63,119 bases of DNA, filler included, from Bipalium vagum (GCA_037834085.1; 3 parts of 3 records of this genome joined end to end with filler, not necessarily neighbours in it); one strand, 5' to 3'; shown: positions 12,391 to 25,830, numbered from the whole stretch's first letter. The notes: a model not told the origin generated them from the sequence alone. Numbers and translations: made by a program.

Positions 12391-13320
12391 ATTCAGTCTT
12401 GTCTTCGATTGTTTTAATTAACTAATTGTGAAAGATTTTTATTAAGCTAATTTACAAATATGTTTTATTCAAAGAGGTCTCTCAGTTAATATTTTATTCG
12501 GTTCAGTTTTGTATTGTGATAATAATTAGCTTCCTTTGAGCGTTCATCCGTAAACCCATCTAATAATAATTATATTGTTGAGTTAACCAAAATTTCATAT
12601 ATCGATTTTTAAATACAATTCTACTGATTTTTTAGAAACTTCAGAAACCATAAAAACCTGTCAGCTTATTAATAATATACATTTTCAATATATGGATTAA
12701 TTTGTAGAAAATTCTTTCACAACTAGATGTTTATATTCAATTGATTCTGTGATGTTTATCATATACAATGAAACAATATAAAAAGTATTTTGATTTAGAC
12801 ATTAAAATTTATTATAAAGAAACTCGAAAATAAATTTTAGATAGTTTAAAGCAGATAAATGAAATCAATAAGTGAATTTATAAAGAGAAATGAAAGTGAC
12901 ATTAACGATAGCCTCGGATAATTATTTTAATTGTTAATTAAGTACATTTTTAATTCATTTTATAATATTTTTATATATCTGTATAAACCATCTAATTTAA
13001 TAAATTTAAACTTGAGATTGACTTCACAGAATGCTTGTATATCAAATTAGAACATCAGCTCTAATCAAAAAGCCGATAGTAAACCAACGTAATTTTTCTC
13101 TGTGGTAAACTTGTGTAATACGTGAAGACTCCTACTTCCAACGTCACCAGTTCAGTTCATATCGTCCAAATAAATATCAACGGAAGATGTCCCTACCAAA
13201 GAACAAACTTTTTATGATTAACTTTAAACAATGATATTCCTTCATGTGAATAACATTTTCTTTGGTGCTTATATCCCTAATCTTTTCAGTATTAATAAAA
13301 ACTATGTAAATACAGGGATA

Positions 13321-14631
13321 CAGGGTTATGCAAGTTTATATTTGCATGTATGCAAGTTAATATTTGCATCTAATAAATATTATGTTTAGAGGCATGTTCT
13401 TTTATTATCTTTATCTTACTATTATCTTTGTAAATTGAATAATCTTTTTTTATCAATCTGATTGTTTAATTTTTGTCAATATTTCAAAATTATTTAAAAC
13501 TATGCAACGCAAACAGAGAAAAGTCACGATGGAAACATTCAATGCCATAAAAATAATTAATCAATCAGGGCGGTATGAAATTCTGGAAATTCCTGCTACA
13601 TTTGAATTAAATCGAAATACAGTAAGTAATTTGATAAGATTGTCTGAATCAGGAGGAAAATTTATTCCTGCGGCCAAAAAGAAGGAGAAAAAATGGAATT
13701 GTAAAAATGCAACATTTACAAGAGTTGAACAAACTACTTTCAATGCCGTAGCTTTTAATAATGCAATAATCCAAAAAGAAATTCTTGAAAAAGTATGCGA
13801 GGTTCATGATCGTCCTCTATCTCAATCAACAATTTCAAAAAAATTGAAAAAAATAAAAATTACAAGGAAAAGATTAACGCTTGTCCCTGAAGAAAGGAAT
13901 TCGTTAAAGAAACTAAATTCAAGGGTACTATATGATACCGATTTGATCAGCATACCAGATCAAAATTTTGTTTTTCTTGATGAAACAGATTTTGACGATC
14001 ATCTAAGACGAACATATGGATATTCGCATTGTAATTCAAAAGCTTTTACGACAATTCCTGCTAATCGAAATTTAAATAGTTGTTTATGTGTCATTAATAT
14101 AAACGGAATTGTGGCTTATGAATATAGGACTGATTCATTTAATGCTTCATCTATGATTGAATTCATAAATAATAAGCTTCTGAATTATTTTCGAGATCAT
14201 CCGAACAATATTTTAATAAGAGGATAACGCTCGCATCGATAAATCAATTGCTGTTTTAGAAACGTTGAGAAACAAACGAATTCCACATAAATTTATTCTC
14301 CTCAACTAAATCCTATCGAGGATTTTTTTGCGATGATAAAAGCAAAATTTAAAGAATAAAATTTGTTGAAAGAAATTTGAAAAAAGATCAAATTTTGGAA
14401 AAATTGCATTCACCTGGAAATTATTCCGAAGAATGCCATGGATTTTACAGACATATGAGAGAATGGTTGTATAAGGCACGTAGAAGGGAACCTTTTATAT
14501 AAAATGTATCTATAATAAATAAATTTTTTTAATTTTTTTCGACTTTTTTTATAATTTTGTTTAGCTATATAATATTTATTTGATGCAAATATAAACTTGC
14601 ATATATGCCACTATAAACTTGCATAACCCTG
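13321..14631 (+). mobile_element. Near full-length Tc1/IS630-like (Gambol-like DDE) transposon with intact TIRs and TA target duplication
   Basis: Left end TA|cagggttatgcaagtttata and right end tataaacttgcataaccctg|TA. Imperfect TIRs of about 65 bp; element length 1311 bp. Confidence 0.9.
13502..14502 (+). pseudogene. Frameshifted transposase of the 13321-14631 element
   Basis: ORF 13502-14227 carries an HTH and FVFLDET. After frameshifts it reads DNARIDKS, YSPQLNPIEDFFAMIK and ECHGFYRHMREWL...EPFI*. Confidence 0.85.
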
Positions 14632-15369
14632 TAAATAAAATAATAATAAATTAATGTATACATTTGTGTATTTGTAGAAAAAGTATTAAATAATCTTTTC
14701 ACTTTTAGTGTAAAATAGATAGGCATCATTTAGTTATCAGAGATATAATAATGAACTACATTATAAAATAGTACTAAAAATATAAATATTTGTTTATATT
14801 AATCATTTGTGAACTTTTTCTTTGAAAATAATCATTTTTTTATATTTTATCTTTTACTTCAGAAAATGGAGAAATTCAATTCAAATTCAGCATGTTATTT
14901 GATGTCGACGGTGATGAATCACGAAAAGTATAGCATTATAAACATTGAATTCTATTTTTATTGATTTATCGAAAATCAAAGAAATAATCAAATCAGATCG
15001 ACATCAAACTTTTTTTCAAGTAAAAAAATGAAATAATTGCATTTACAACGCCTGTGATTTAATATTGAAAACCAAGAAACTTTGATAATTTTTGATAAGA
15101 TTAACAACAAGAGATGATAAATGAATCGATAATAAAAGACAGTGACACCCAAACCCAAAATTCATTAAAAGATTGTGTAATCAATTTGTGACATTAAAAA
15201 TAATTATTTTAGGAATTCAGATGTCTATATTCAACAAATAGCCAAACTGAATAAAGAACATCAAGAAATCAGTCCATGTATGGCAAAATCCTATTCATAT
15301 TTCACCACGTTATTATCAAATAAATTTTATTTTCATTATTGCAAAAAAAATATATTTATTGGTTTAAAG

Positions 15370-15450
15370 GTGCTGCCACAGTCAAATAATCCAGACATAG
15401 CACCATCAGATTATCATTTATTTCGCTCATTAGAAAATTCTTTGTAAATG
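15370..15450 (+). mobile_element. Mariner 3' fragment
   Basis: PDIAPSDYHLFRSLENSL. Confidence 0.65.
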
Positions 15451-15779
15451 AAAAGTTGTTTTATAACTCTTATTATAAAACTCAATAAAGAATGTTTTTA
15501 TAAAATAAATTTTTGTTCGATGTATTTTTCGTAAAGATTCGTGGAACGAATTACTAAATACTTGAATCCTTTCTGATTTTCATTAACAATTTTAATAACT
15601 CTATGTACAATTTGTGTATCATAAGGTGTAACCTCTGTTAATAGCTTTGCAAGAATCTTTCAATATAATATAGAAAATTTTTATAAAGAAAACAATGATG
15701 CACAACATTTACATATTTTCTATATACTGCCGGACAAAATTGTATATTATTATTATATTATATATATAGACATTATATA

Positions 15780-16340
15780 CCACAACGGTCCATAAAAAGT
15801 TAACACCTTAAAATTTTCAACAATTTAGTATTTAAACTGCTATAAAACAAACCATTTTAAAGATAATCAAAAACGGTTTTTTGCAAATTATGGAATATTT
15901 ATTTACCAATGCAATACATTACAAAGATGTACAGTATTTTGTAGATCCACGCGCAATTTAATTACTTCCTAAAAACGAGTAATACTTCCTTATATTACAA
16001 ATCAGCTTATTGATGAATTCTCGTGGAATTGCTTCCCATTATGACCTGACCAGTTTTCATAGATCTTTTTTGTTGCTAATACCTTTTCCCTGAATTCTTC
16101 TACCAATATATTCTCATATATTCAACCGGATTTAATTCGGGGGATTTTGGTGGCCAATCCTGGATAACAGGTATCGATTTTTTGTTCAGCCACATTTTCA
16201 TCGATTTCGCTTTATGGCATGGTGTATTGTTTTGTTGATAACATGCGGAATTTATCTTTTTGTCTGTAATATGTACTAGCACTCACACACCTTTATGGTT
16301 GAAGTAGCCACAAACTATAATCCCATCATTAAATTTTTTT
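15780..16340 (-). mobile_element. Tc1-like 3' fragment
   Basis: YQQNNTPCHKAKSM...DWPPKSPELNPVE in ORF 16100-16282. Confidence 0.8.
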
Positions 16341-16799
16341 ATACAAGAAAAAATTTATTCAAAGTAAAATTTTATAATCATTTCCATTAGCAAATCGTCG
16401 TAGCCTTCCTCTGTTGGCTTGATTTAGTCCAACCTTTTCGGCAATCTGTGAAAGTATATTGCTCATTGAGTTTACGGTCATCTCAATTGCTTCGATTCTT
16501 TCATGCAATAAGGACCCATTAGGATATCCATTTCCAGTTTGCTTCTCTTTATTTGTTCCTGTCAATTCCTTGAGAGTTTCTTCTTTATGATTTTTTCCAG
16601 TCATTTTGTTGAGTTATAATTATTATGATTAATTAAACAAATAAATCTTTTTTTTCCCTTTTTAAACTTCAATTTTAATTTTTTTTAAAAATTAACAATA
16701 AATAAAAATTATTAAAAAATATTATATTATTATTAAAAAATTTTTTTTCTCTCATTTAATTAAAGTTTTCAATTCTCTTATAATATGTTTTATATATAT

Positions 16800-18245
16800 A
16801 TCATGAGAGGATTTGATTGCAGCTCTAATTGCAAATTGTCGGACCTCTGATTTGTTTAGTCCGAGTCTAGTTAATACTTCGTTATTCCTTGGATCCCAGG
16901 ATCCCAAAGCACGGATAATTATTGTGTCCAGTGAGACAGTAAATTTTGTTAAATTACTAATTTCTTTTTTAAGTTCTTGATATTTATTTATATTCAGGAA
17001 TCGAAGTTCGGAATTTTGTCATATGGAGAAATGATGTCTACGAAAAATATTTGTTTCATATCTGTTACGATTTTTCGAAATTTGGACCACCATGTTGCTC
17101 AATGTGCATCCTTATACTGTTTTCCATTGATCCACTCTAGCGCCTGATGGATATCAGTCTGATTTCCTTTGTTACGTGCTTCTGTTGTTCTTATTAGTTC
17201 AGCGATTACTAAGTGACCTAAGCTTCCTTCAGAACTTGTCATCATACCAAACGTATTCTGGACTATATATTTCTCAATTGCAGCAATTATTCCAAGGCCT
17301 CCGAGCTTCTAATGTGCGTAATGATATGAGTTATTAAGCATCTTTAGAGGAATATTGATGATGCCTTTAATAAGTTTTCGAATTTTTTTATCATATCCAA
17401 TTTGTTGAATCTCTCTAATACCCAGTTTTCCACTCGGAGACGAGAGGGATAGTATATTAATCATTCGATTTCTCAATTGGAACGGCAACCTTGATTGTAT
17501 AAATATGTTCAAAATCTTGATTTTCTGAGCAAGCGTTAAATTCGTATTGCAGACTTTACTGAAATTTTCGATGTTTTCATTCAAAATTTTTTCAATATTC
17601 TGGCGCTTCTTGTTCCCAATTGAAACACCTAAGTAATCATATGTAATATCCCCATGGATCTTAGGCAGTCTCTCATTTTCTAAATTTAGTTGATAGGAGT
17701 CATTTTCATTTGTGTCAAATCAAAGTACCCGCATTTGTTTACTCGAAATTTCAGTCCAACATTTTTCGCCATTTGTTGAGTTAGTGAGAGTATCTACAAT
17801 TTTATCGTATGAGTCTGATATAAGCACTATGTCGTCGGCATAGGCTAATGATGATAATTGTATGCCATGAAACAAATCCATTACTCAAGTCGCTAATATA
17901 TCTAAATATATAGTCGATTGCTAAACCGAATAGGGTCATAGAGAGATGACATCCTTGCTTAACTCCTCTGGATATGGTTATTGGCTTGGTACACACGTGG
18001 TTACACAAGTAAATACTTTTATTTTTCTTTTATATATTCTTTATTAAGAAAATAGTGCGCTCATGGAGTCATATTTTTTGAATTGTGAACCACAGGAGTG
18101 AGTGAGGGATTGATCCAAATGCGTCAGCCAGATCTAGGAAGCTTAAATGAAGATCTGCATACTTCTTCCTGCGATTTTTGTTTACTCTGTGAGCCAGTTC
18201 ATTGAGACTCACAATTTTCGGATTGTGTTCACTACATCCATCTGT
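16800..18245 (-). mobile_element. RLE-type non-LTR retrotransposon (NeSL/Utopia/R2-like), 5'-truncated and decayed
   Basis: RT motifs FLDLADAFGSIPH, GVKQGCHLSMTLF, LAYADDIVL, YLG, QKIKILN and KLGGLGI. C-terminal VDIISPYD...KYQEL...TIIIRALGSWDP of the restriction-like endonuclease. Confidence 0.85.
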
Positions 18246-18863
18246 AAAGTCTGTAACATTATGATTGCTATTTATGATTTAAATGTCAACAATTAAAATT
18301 AATATTTAAACAAATATTGAAAAATATAACTTATTAAACCTCAAAATTTTAGTTTTAAATGTATCTCTTATTTTTTTAAAGTAAAAATGGGTGGAAAAAT
18401 TTTGTCGAGCAAATTACCTAGCAACGATAAACAGGAACAGAAAACCAGAGTTTCACAAAATTCGACTATCATAATGAGAAATCTATTAATTACCTTTTCA
18501 AACCTTGAAATGAAAGAATTGATTGTGAATAAACTATCTGCTTAATATGCACAAAAAACATCTGAAATATGTTTTCCTTGAATAAGGTATGAAATGAAGT
18601 CCCTCTGGTTCTTTTGTAAGGATAGAAAATATTGTTACACAAAGGGACAGCTTAATAATACAAAAATTTTAAAAATTATAAACGTAAAGTGGAAAAATAA
18701 ATTTTATTAAAAATAAAATTTGTTTACATCACCAATATTTTATGATATAATAGATAAAAATGGCGAAAATACTAGTTACAGGGTGTGCATAAAGTCCTTG
18801 GACTTTGTAAACGATTATTTAAAGACGAAAATTCATCAAAAACAAAAAGGTTTTATTATAATT

Positions 18864-18963
18864 NNNNNNNNNNNNNNNNNNNNNNNNNNNNNNNNNNNNN
18901 NNNNNNNTTAATTAATTAANNNNNNNNNNNNNNNNNNNNNNNNNNNNNNNNNNNNNNNNNNNN
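18864..18963. other. Artificial scaffolding linker (N44-TTAATTAATTAA-N44)
   Basis: Exactly 100 nt, symmetric, with a six-frame stop core. An identical copy sits at 46094-46193. Confidence 0.95.
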
Positions 18964-20426
18964 AAAAGAGTCTTTTCCTAAAGTATTTTCCACAAAGAGA
19001 AAAAAGAACAATAAGACTATCTGATATCGGTTTCATGAGAAAATCAATGAGCATACTCCATCATTTTCTCTTGTAATGTTAGGGAAATTGTAAATCATTG
19101 TATTTTTAACAATGGAAAAAATTGATTTTATGTAACAGATTTAATGTGAAAACAGTGAAACTTTAAAATAACATTCTAAGACATACAAATCGTTACTGTG
19201 AGAATTTCAGTCGACAGGAACACCTGTGATTATATTATATTTGAGAGGAAAAATATTTTTATTTGATTATATTTATAATAAGATTTTCTTGTAAGCATTT
19301 TCTGTTGGTTTAAATAATTAAGGTCTATTCAAATCAATGAAGAACATTTTACAAATTCCTTATATTTTCTTAAAATCAATGGAAATCTTCACATTTTTCG
19401 AGCGTTTTGAATTAGTTTCTTATGTTATTTCCGCTTATGAGGTGTTGCAAAAAAATTGGAGAATTTATCGTGTTGATTCGAGAATTTGATTTCAGTTAAA
19501 GAATAAAATCGAAAATTAATTTTTTTAATTTATTCATTCAAAACTAAGAACCCATCAATACAACTAATCGAATTTTCAGAAAGATATCATTATTAATTAA
19601 CTTATTGCTCTGTACTTATAAAGATCTTAAAATCATGAAATCAACACGAGAAATTCTCAAAGGATCTATTTGAATTAAACTGTCGTATTTTCAGACGAAG
19701 ATCTGATCCACTGCACTTACCTGGCAATTCAAAACACCAACAGATGCAGGTGTAGCTGGTAGATCCAATCCGACGACCGGTAACGACACTAGGAGCACAA
19801 AGTCAAACATAAAAACCACCAGGATTTTAAACTCCTCACAGAAGGAACATTTAACAACTTCAGCTTCAATAATTAGACCCGGTTGTCCAAGGTACCAAAT
19901 GCCACAGAATCGCTGGGACTACCAGATTTTCAGAATTATAAAAAACTTATAAATGCGACAGTTAAACCAAATTTCAATCGATTTTTCTACTTTCAATTTT
20001 GATATATTGGAAAAAATTATGAAACAAAAATTATTTGTTCACTTTCCATTTATTATTGAACTTCGTATACTCGGAGAACGTGGTAACGGTGTTATCAAAA
20101 TTACACAACGGTAGTAGTCGATCTTTTTGTTTCAATAACCAACGATTCAAGATTTTTAAGAGTCAACATGGAATAGTGATAAAAACTTCGACAAAATTGA
20201 ATTATTATTATTAAGAAATTTAAACATAATTTAGAGCCATGTATTACATAAGAGCATTTAATAATAATAAAAATAATGATAATTTAAGTAACATTAGTAA
20301 TAACAAGAATAATAACCCAAAAATATTTTCATAATGATCATAAAAATAATTTTTACTATTAAATCAATCGTCAATCAATATTATCTAATTTATTAATTTT
20401 TTTATTGAACAAATACACAACTATAC

Positions 20427-20768
20427 CAAATTTTCCGAATTATAGAAATCCGACATCAGCAAAGAATTGATAAAAGTCGACTTTCCCAAACCGGAACAAC
20501 CGACGACCATGATGTTAAATTCAAACCCTCTTCGAAAGGATCTCTTGTAAATCTGATCTGTGAGACTTCCGAAACCGATTTTGCACGGAACATCGGCCTT
20601 TTTATTAGTTGAGCTAATGGAAAATTTCGACGAATCACTGGTTTGATAAAATCTCGATGAACTGTCAACTTTTTCACCGGTTTCAATCGGATTTTTCCTT
20701 ATATCTGAATATTGGGTCGAGAATCGTGGCAATGGTTTACTATCGACAGATTCTGATGATGTTTTCAT
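20427..20768 (-). CDS. Septin (SEPT7/SEPT2-like), first coding exon
   Basis: ATG at 20768. IGFGSLTDQIYKRSFRRGFEFNIMVVGCSGLGKSTFINSLL gives the septin polybasic region and the G1 P-loop. Donor |gtatag follows 20427. Downstream exons were not confidently found. Confidence 0.85.
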
Positions 20769-22734
20769 TATATCTTCTTGAAATGATGACAATTATTCAT
20801 ATATTAATTATTAAGAGTATAACCTTGAGTTTGTTTTGGCTGGAAGAATTTAACATATTAAAACAAAACTTTGAACGGAGTCAAAATTATTTTATTAAGC
20901 AAATTTTATTGATGAATAAAAATTTTTTTAATTTCATTTTACATTTTTATTTTCGAAACCATTTTCTGCTACTTTTCCTTAACTTGTTACCAATGTTATG
21001 GAAATTTGACAAATGTGGCTGGAAAATTTCTTTTCTGAATAATGGTCTTGAGTGTCACAAGATTTCAATAAATATTACGATGTAAACATTATTCTGTGAA
21101 TAATTTACAGACATGAGTCACGGAGTGATTAAATATCGTTGAGAGGAAAGTGATATTTATTTTATCCAAATTGTATAAATAAGCCCAACAATACTGAAGA
21201 ATGGATATGTTCTACATAATAAATCAATTGGCTTTGTACCCCAGCTTTGTCTGGTAATGAAAATTTTTGTCAGATATTTTGGCTAGACTTCGTTGATAAT
21301 ATTTTTTGTAATTATGTAAGATACCTATTACGGAAAAATCAAATTCTTTATGTTAAATTTTTGTGTCATTAATTTGAAAAATATAATTAACTAATTATAA
21401 ATTATATTGGAGATTAATTATAATTGGTAATAAATAATAATAATATTTTCGTTTTTAAATTCTAACTGAATCATATTGTGAGAAAAAGTGATGTCACATT
21501 TGTTAAGGTTCCAAGATAAATCAATATAAAACAATTATTCATATAATTTTCACATTATGAAATACTTTTATTTATTTTCACTTTCAACTTTATGACTTAA
21601 GAAATGAAGATTGAAGTGTTACATTAAATTTAAAACAACTGAAGACTTATATAAAGTTTTCCCTCTGTTCATTTATAACTTCATCTTGACATTGTCTAAT
21701 TTTTTATTGATTTAACAAAGGAACATAAATTATATTGCCTTTCATATTCATTTACTATTTTATATATTTAATAATCTATTCATTAAAAATTAAAAATCAA
21801 TATTAATAGTGTTGTGTTTCGAAGGCTAAGAGAAGGTTTTTTGGATTAATGGTGTCGATGAGACTCACTTTAGAAGACTGGTGCAATAAATAATGAAAAT
21901 AAATAAACTGATAATTAATAAATTACAATATTGATGATACCGGATTTTATTGGTCTGCTTTGACTATTCAATTGATTTGAACGTCGTCGTAAGAAACAAA
22001 GTCAAAGAAAGAACTACTTAATAATCTGTACGCAAATTATTATGAAATAATAATTAAATTATTTTTTAATTTATTGTTGTATTTATAGAAACCGTCATCA
22101 TAATAGGATTTTAAAATGTTCAGGATCTCAAAAATTCAATAAAATTCGCAATCAATCTAAGCACCCTAAAGAATATTTTTAGGTTTTGTGATATCATTTT
22201 CAGCCTATATTTTATCTTGTACAATTGTTTTTATCTCATGTTAATTTTATTTTATATTTTTGTGATTGTTGTATTTTATATTATTAATTTGAAACCAAAA
22301 CCATTCTTCATTTAATAAAAATAATGTAACTTCTCTTTTCCTTTTCTTTCAAATATAAAAATCAGACACACATAAACAGACCAAGGCCCAAACGGTTGGT
22401 TAAAGAAATTACAAGACAAAGAACGATTTCATTAAGTACGGATTTCAGCTGGGTCCGTCTTACAACTGTTAGAGAGACCAGAACGATGTTGGAGATATAA
22501 AATGAGCAGACGAATGTAATAAAACCAAAATCAATATGAATCGATCTTCAAAAACTTTCCGAATGATCAACCTATAAATATTATTTAGAAAAATGTTTCC
22601 CAATCAAACAACCAACACTTTTAACTATTTATTGTTATCTTTATAATGTCATATTATGTCGTCTCATAAGTCTTTACGAAAAAGATGTATAGAACAACAA
22701 TTTTTATTTTATAAAGTCACAAGAATATTTTTTC

Positions 22735-23330
22735 CGATAATGTAATGCCCATCGTTATCAATTAGCTTTGTTCATCGTTCAGGCAAAAGTTCAATACCTA
22801 GCTTGTAGAATTTCTGATCCTTTCCAACGATATACATAGAGATGGCAATTTCGACAGCGGTTTTGCTATTGACATTTTTTCCCTGTAAGAAGTTGTGTAA
22901 TGAACGGAAAAGATACTAATGTGTTGGAGCCATGTCTGGACTATATGGTGGGTGAGGAAAAAGTTCCCAGCCAAACTCCTTTCGTTTCTCCGTGGTCATT
23001 TTTGATATGTGCGGTTTTGCATTGTTGAAGAATAACGCCTCGTTGATTGAGCAGAGATGGTCAAGTAAGTTTCAATTTATCACGTAGTTCACTTAATTGC
23101 CCACAATAGATCTCACTAGTGATAGTTTCACCTATATTAAGAAGCTCCATATATATTATTCCCTTCATATTCCGCCACACACAGAGAAGAAATTTTTCGG
23201 ATGAAAACCTGGTTTACCGGTTGGGATTGGTTCTTCACCGAAACCTAACCACTGTTTTTTACGCTCAGCATTGACATATAAAACTCATTTTTTATCACAT
23301 CATACAACTCTTTCCAGAAATGAGTCAGAT
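22735..23330 (-). mobile_element. Mariner transposase catalytic domain, decayed
   Basis: KPGFHPK...GIIYMELL...NAKPH...GWELFPHPPYSPDMAPT...LFRSLHNFLQGK. Confidence 0.85.
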
Positions 23331-25399
23331 CATGGTGACTGTCTGGCATTTAATCCGCACTTAAAGTCATCCAGCAGACAGACCCTTATCATTTCTTGAG
23401 TAAATACCATCTGCAAGAAAAAGAAATCTTAATAAATAATGTAAGTACACATTAATTCTATATTAAAGCACCTTTAAATAAAGTATTATTTTAAATAATG
23501 CGCTTATAGATTATTTCAATTAATGTGGATAAACAATACTAAATAATACTATATGGAAAACTGTAGACTTATAAGACGATCTAATGTATCTATATCTATA
23601 AATATCTTATCTATTTATTTATTATTATTTTTAGCATATATATTTATTATTTGTGGTAAAATCAATTATATTTCTTTTCCTTTTCAGTGTGGAGTGTTCT
23701 GTGATAACTGCTTGTTTGGTTGGCTGTCTGAAACATTTATTAAATTTTCTAATCTTTTAGTAAAAATTGCACAAATTACTACAATAATTTTTTTATTTTA
23801 TATTTTAATTTAATAGTTATTAATATTTTTATATTTATATAAAAAATCAATTAACATGATCACGAATTTTTTATATCAACACAAAATAAAATGTAAGTTA
23901 TTTTATAAATTATAAATGTTTTGATTTGATCGTTAATCTGAAACCAACTAGGTGAATTTGTAAATTGAACTGATTGACTTTTTGATTATTGATACTTTGA
24001 CTGATAACCATGATTAAATTGTTGATTAATGATAACTAAAATAAAAATTATTTCTTCTTCCTTTTTACTTCGACTTCCACAAATGAACATTATTCTGAAA
24101 ATAACTTTGTCCTCTGAAAAAAAAAGCCTCTGCACATTACTCCAAAAAAGGAAGACTTTTTAAGAGAAAGACAGATACTTTTTATGTTAGGATCGGATTC
24201 CTCAATGTCATTCAATCGAAGATTTCTTTGTATGTCTGCACATGCATAGGCATAAAATAAATCTTCAGTAAATTATTGATCCTTCGATATCTTTGACTCT
24301 TCTAACAAAAGTATTTGATTTTCTTTATAAGACGGTTTTTTTTAGTTAAGTGTACATGTTTCGCACTATTCAAATGTTGCTTTACTGTGAATAACGTCAT
24401 CCACTTTTTTATTGCATACTTCGCAAAAATTAATTTTTTAACCGTTCTTAATAGTGAGCATTGATTTACACAGCACTGAATTATTAAAATAAATTAAATT
24501 GATAAAACATGTTAAGCTAAAAACTATGAAATATGAAAAATACTTGTTACGTTTATTCTATGAATTGTGTAATTATATTAAAAAATAAGTCAAATTCAAT
24601 AATATCAATAATCAGCAAGTCAGTTTAAATTTTAAATGGTCAAAAAGAAAAGAAAAACCAAAGTAAGTAGTAAAAATTTCACCGCTTTAGCAGAAGATGG
24701 GTCTTATGGTCGTTTGATGAGCCCGAACTGGTAGGCTCATACGCGCCCTAATAGCACAGGACTCATCGTTGGCTCCTGTTGCATAAATAGGTATAAAAAA
24801 AAGTAGAAATTTACCAGAAATTTTCATCCGACTTAAACAAAATAAATAATTCTACCGAAGTACAAAAAAGCTTTCCTAATACTCCGAACACAACCAATAC
24901 TAAATTTATGCGGCAGTCCATTGAGGACTCCAGTGCCTTTTATACTGATCAGATGTAGACCAATATTCCTAATTGGGAATGTCAATTCCTTTTTGTAGAC
25001 ACTTAATGTTAAATAGGTTCTCAATTGCGGGCCCTGGTCTAATATTGACAATTTGACATTCGAAAGTGTGAAGATTAGGCCATCAAAGATAAAAATTTAT
25101 GATTTTATTATTATTATTATTCTTATTTATTAATTTTTGTACTTTATCATAATTATATTATTTTTTAATTATTATTTTTGGAGTTATTATTATGATACTA
25201 TTTCAGACCCTTTACTGTTTTTATAATTAATTTTTATCATATTATTCTAAACCATTTAGAGTTTTTATAATTCGAATGGTTAAAGGGACGTACTCTTGGC
25301 CAACCAAATAATACCCTTACCATACAGGTGTCACCGTTTGATGAACATTTATATTAAAAATTATTAGATCTAAACGTGTCAGGAATTTATCCCAGTCAA

Positions 25400-25830
25400 A
25401 GTTCATTTGTGGGAGGTTCATGTTAATTATTTTGTGATGAATAAAAGTAATGCAGAAAGCTACCCGATACTTTGAGAGCTTTAGAGAAAAGATCTAGAAT
25501 TTCAGGATGCTTGTAGGTATTAACTTAAGCACTTCAGGGATAACCATTTTGGTGTGAAGGGCAAATAACGTCCAGACCGTCCTCCAAAATTTGAAAACCA
25601 AGATTTAGAAAATTTATTGAATAAGGATGTATACCAGTCTCAAAAACAACTTGCCATAAGATTAAGTGTTACTAAGCAGACAATATATTGGCAATTCATA
25701 ATATGGTAAAGATTTTAAATGAAAGAAAATGGGTGCTTTATCAATTGGAGGAAAGAGCACTCGAAAACGAAGGGAAGTGATATGTTGTCATGACGATACG
25801 AAAGAAAATTTATCTTACATCGATTTTTGA
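25400..25830 (+). mobile_element. Mariner (Mos1-like) 5' fragment
   Basis: RPDRPPKFENQDLENLLNKDVYQSQKQLAIRLSVTKQTI. Confidence 0.75.

Noticed and set aside
15562-15656. Possible septin exon 2 on the minus strand (ILAKLLTEVTPYDTQIVHRVIKIVNENQKGF)
   Set aside because: Phase-compatible, but the AAG acceptor is weak, similarity is marginal and no DTPG exon follows.
18908-18919. TTAATTAATTAA as a biological motif (for example a piggyBac site)
   Set aside because: It is centred in exactly 44+44 N twice, so it is an assembly spacer.
19716-19727. ACTTACCTGGCA, identical to the U1 snRNA 5' end
   Set aside because: No U1 stem-loops or Sm site follow. It is more simply a consensus 5' splice site on the minus strand.
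20657-21085. 142-aa plus-strand ORF and many other short F/I/L/N-rich ORFs in the track
   Set aside because: Antisense to real exons, or low-complexity products of AT-rich DNA, with no motifs.
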